From contig OY760937.1 in NCBI GenBank assembly GCA_963664225.1, positions 32,001 through 96,000 on the forward strand: a DNA stretch of 64,000 nt, given 5' to 3'. The notes under the pieces are model-generated. The model saw nothing but the letters and a program-made list of their open reading frames with translations, did not search any database and was not told the origin of the DNA. A program made the translations under genes and the position numbers. This DNA comes from Verrucomicrobiia bacterium. GTDB taxonomy: Bacteria; Verrucomicrobiota; Verrucomicrobiia; Limisphaerales; UBA1319. Below, in pieces: positions 61,512 through 64,000 of the stretch (positions are counted from its first letter, which is position 1; every line of letters starts with the position of its first letter).

Positions 61512-61982
61512 ATGCATCCGACCCTCTGGCTTCGCGCGAAGACCGAGCGGCTTTTTCGAATCAAGGACACGCCGCACGCCCTGGCGCTCGGTGTGGCCGT
61601 GGGGATCTTCTTTGGATTCGTTCCGCTGGTGGGACTTAAGACTTTGCTCGCGCTCGGTGTCACGCGGTTGTTGCGCGGCAACTTGCTGGCGGCGGCGATA
61701 GCGGTAACGCTGCATGACGTGATGCTTCCGCTCGCACCGCTTTTGCTGCGCTGGGAATACGATCTCGGCTTTTGGATCTTGAGCCATCCGCACGCGTTCC
61801 CGCCACGCCTTCATTTGATCCATCAAAGTCCGTCCGCCTGGCTCCACTGGTCCACCTTTTTAACCGTGGGCCGACCGTTGCTGGTCGGCTCCATGGTGTT
61901 CGCCGTGCCTTTTGCGCTCGCAACGTATTATCTGACGCTCTGGTGGGTCAACCGCAGGCGTCGGAGGGATGTTGCGGTTTAA
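61512..61982 (+). CDS. DUF2062-family membrane protein
   Basis: IKDTPHALALGVAVGIFFGFVPLVG...RGNLLAA...EYDLGFWIL...PLLVGS. Confidence 0.8.
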   Translation: MHPTLWLRAKTERLFRIKDTPHALALGVAVGIFFGFVPLVGLKTLLALGVTRLLRGNLLAAAIAVTLHDVMLPLAPLLLRWEYDLGFWILSHPHAFPPRLHLIHQSPSAWLHWSTFLTVGRPLLVGSMVFAVPFALATYYLTLWWVNRRRRRDVAV

Positions 61983-62145
61983 CCCGAAATCCGAAATACG
62001 AATGGTCAAGATGATGCAATGCTTTGAGGCAGCCATGATTTGCAATCGGCGAGGGTGTATTAAATCAATACTCCACAGCCGGTTTCAAACCATGGATGGC
62101 CAAATGATTGCGTCAGATGGGCCGTTCCTATTTCGGATTTCGGGT
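61982..62145. mobile_element. 164-bp palindromic MITE-like element, copy 2 (inverted relative to copy 1)
   Basis: Reverse complement of 12992-13155 with 4 substitutions counted by eye; same 17-bp TIRs; preceded by TTA. Confidence 0.85.
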
Positions 62146-64000
62146 GTGCGCCAGTGAAATTGGTAGCCTCGTGGGTGAAAGTCCCGCCGGTCGAATTAGA
62201 CGGTTCACGACCGAAATGCAGCGTCCGGGACGAGGCCGTGAGGCCGAACCACAAGCGGGACGCTGAAAGAACTGTCGGGTCGTAACGAAAGTAAACCTCA
62301 TCAAATGAGCTCCGAAACCGAAATAACCGGTAAGCCGAGCCGCTACCCGAACGGCGAAGGCAGAAACGCGGCGTCATCAAATCGTCAAATGGGCGCTGTT
62401 GATTCCGGCGGAGTCAGCGAGGGCGACACGACAGGAAGGGAAACCAAGGTAAGCTGGGAGATCTCTGGAGGCGGGGCGATAAAGCCTCAACCGCCGGTGC
62501 AAGGAGGAACACCCTCCGAGGCCGCACGGGCAGCCAGAGAAGTCGGAGTCTTCCATAGTAGCGAAGAAGCTGGGGCGACCAAAACCCCGGCGGAGCCAAG
62601 GGAAGGCACTTGGATCGAAGCGAATCAAAACAGCGAGGGACAGGGAGATGGCCTTGAGGGAGTGGAAACACTTTTTCAACGGATAACAACCCCGATAAAA
62701 GTTCAAAAGCTGCAGCGAGCGCTATATTGCAAAGCCAAGGCTGAGCCGAAGTATCGGTTTTACAGCCTCTACGGAGAACTGCTGCGGAAGGACGTGCTGG
62801 AAACGGCAATGGCCTCCGTGGCGCACAACAATGGCGCGGCTGGGATCGACGGGCAGACATGCGACGTCTATCTTGCCAGCGACGAAGCCTGGGACCAATG
62901 GCGGAACCAACTGCTGGAGGAGTTACGCACGAAGAAGTATCGGCCAAGCCCGGTGAAGCGTGTGTATATACCAAAAGGAGACGGGAAGCTGCGACCCCTG
63001 GGCATCCCGACAGTGAAAGACCGGGTGGTGCAGACAGCGGTGGTGATTGTATTGCTGCCGATTCTGGAAGCCGATAGTCATCCGAACAGTTACGCCTATC
63101 ATCCCAAACGCAATGCCCACCAAGCAATGGAGGCGATCAAGAAGGCTACGCTGACAGGACGCGTCGAAGTTATAGACGCGGACTTAAGCGGGTATTTTGA
63201 CAGCATTCCCCACAGGCGTTTGTTGCGCATAGTGGCCAAGCGGGTCAGCGATGGAACAATTCTCAAGCTGATCGCAGGATGGCTGCGCGCGCCCGTGAAT
63301 GAACCGCAAAGCGACACAGGGAAAGGCGGGACAAAGGGGGGGCAAGGTCAGAATCGACGGGGGACTCCGCAAGGCGGGGTTGTATCGCCGATTTTAGCCA
63401 ATGCATACCTCAACCAGTTGGATTGGGAAGTCAACGAACGCTGCGAACTCAAACCCGTGATGGTGAGATACGCGGATGATTTCGTGATACTCGGACAGCC
63501 GGGGCAGGGACGGGAACTGATGGAACGACTGGAACGATGGCTGAAGCAACGCGAGTTAGTGCTCAACGAGAAGAAGACCCGCTTGGTGGACCTCCGCCAG
63601 GATGGCATCAAATTCTTGGGATTCGCGCTAACAATGCGACAGGGGAAGGGGAAATGGAAATATCCGCATGTGGAACCCCATCCCAAGAGCCAGAAGAAGT
63701 TTCGAGACGGGATTCGGGAGAAACTCAACCGAAGCACGCTATGGCGTGATATCGGAGAGGTGATTCCCGAGCTCAACAAGAAACTCAAAGGTTGGAAGGG
63801 TTACTTTCACTACGGGAACAGCACCAAGGTGATGGGCCAGATGAACGAATACGTCAGCAGCAAGTTACAACGATGGTTGTGGCGCAAACACGGATGTAGT
63901 CGGGCGCAATGGTCCACATACCCCAAGGAGGATCTCTATGAGCGTTATGGTTTATACCAAATGCCGGAATATGCGGCATGGAAACGATGACGTCGAAGCG
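62146..64000 (+). mobile_element. Group II intron, copy 2 (3' end beyond window)
   Basis: Starts GTGCGCCAGTG; direct repeat of 13156 onwards at offset 48990; all ORF translations match copy 1. Confidence 0.95.
62662..63990 (+). CDS. ltrA: Group II intron reverse transcriptase/maturase, copy 2
   Basis: Translation identical to copy 1, including YADD. Confidence 0.95.
   Translation: METLFQRITTPIKVQKLQRALYCKAKAEPKYRFYSLYGELLRKDVLETAMASVAHNNGAAGIDGQTCDVYLASDEAWDQWRNQLLEELRTKKYRPSPVKRVYIPKGDGKLRPLGIPTVKDRVVQTAVVIVLLPILEADSHPNSYAYHPKRNAHQAMEAIKKATLTGRVEVIDADLSGYFDSIPHRRLLRIVAKRVSDGTILKLIAGWLRAPVNEPQSDTGKGGTKGGQGQNRRGTPQGGVVSPILANAYLNQLDWEVNERCELKPVMVRYADDFVILGQPGQGRELMERLERWLKQRELVLNEKKTRLVDLRQDGIKFLGFALTMRQGKGKWKYPHVEPHPKSQKKFRDGIREKLNRSTLWRDIGEVIPELNKKLKGWKGYFHYGNSTKVMGQMNEYVSSKLQRWLWRKHGCSRAQWSTYPKEDLYERYGLYQMPEYAAWKR

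Overview
This 64 kb bacterial window most likely comes from a Verrucomicrobiota genome (Pedosphaera/Limisphaerales-like). That is inferred from a VPDSG-CTERM-type tail, an H-X9-DG prepilin-like protein and an Akkermansia-like pilM-to-secretin cluster. Positions 1-12.45 kb are the right part of an AT-richer island that ends inside comM. It carries cas1/cas2, a 51-repeat CRISPR array, an XRE-HTH plus degenerate RuvC-like pair, a PfkB-like/HAD fusion plus MBL hydrolase pair, and terminal XRE genes. Two apparently identical group II introns (13156-15130 and 62146 to the window end) each sit exactly at the outer edge of the terminal inverted repeat (TIR) of a 164-bp palindromic MITE. The two MITEs are oppositely oriented, and the intron's EBS1/EBS2 candidates are complementary to the TIR, so the intron appears to home to transposon ends. 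The middle holds housekeeping genes (epimerase, ABC transporter, trpF, tRNA-Pro, CPA2 antiporter, pfkA, UDP-GlcA decarboxylase) and a type IV pilus/T2SS-like platform. About 27 kb of large exported proteins follow (Calx-beta/Delta-60 adhesins, kexin-like S8 protease). Most of these share a C-terminal '...W...FYR' domain, and all are rich in Thr-Asn. All calls rest on motif recognition by eye; no database searches were run.
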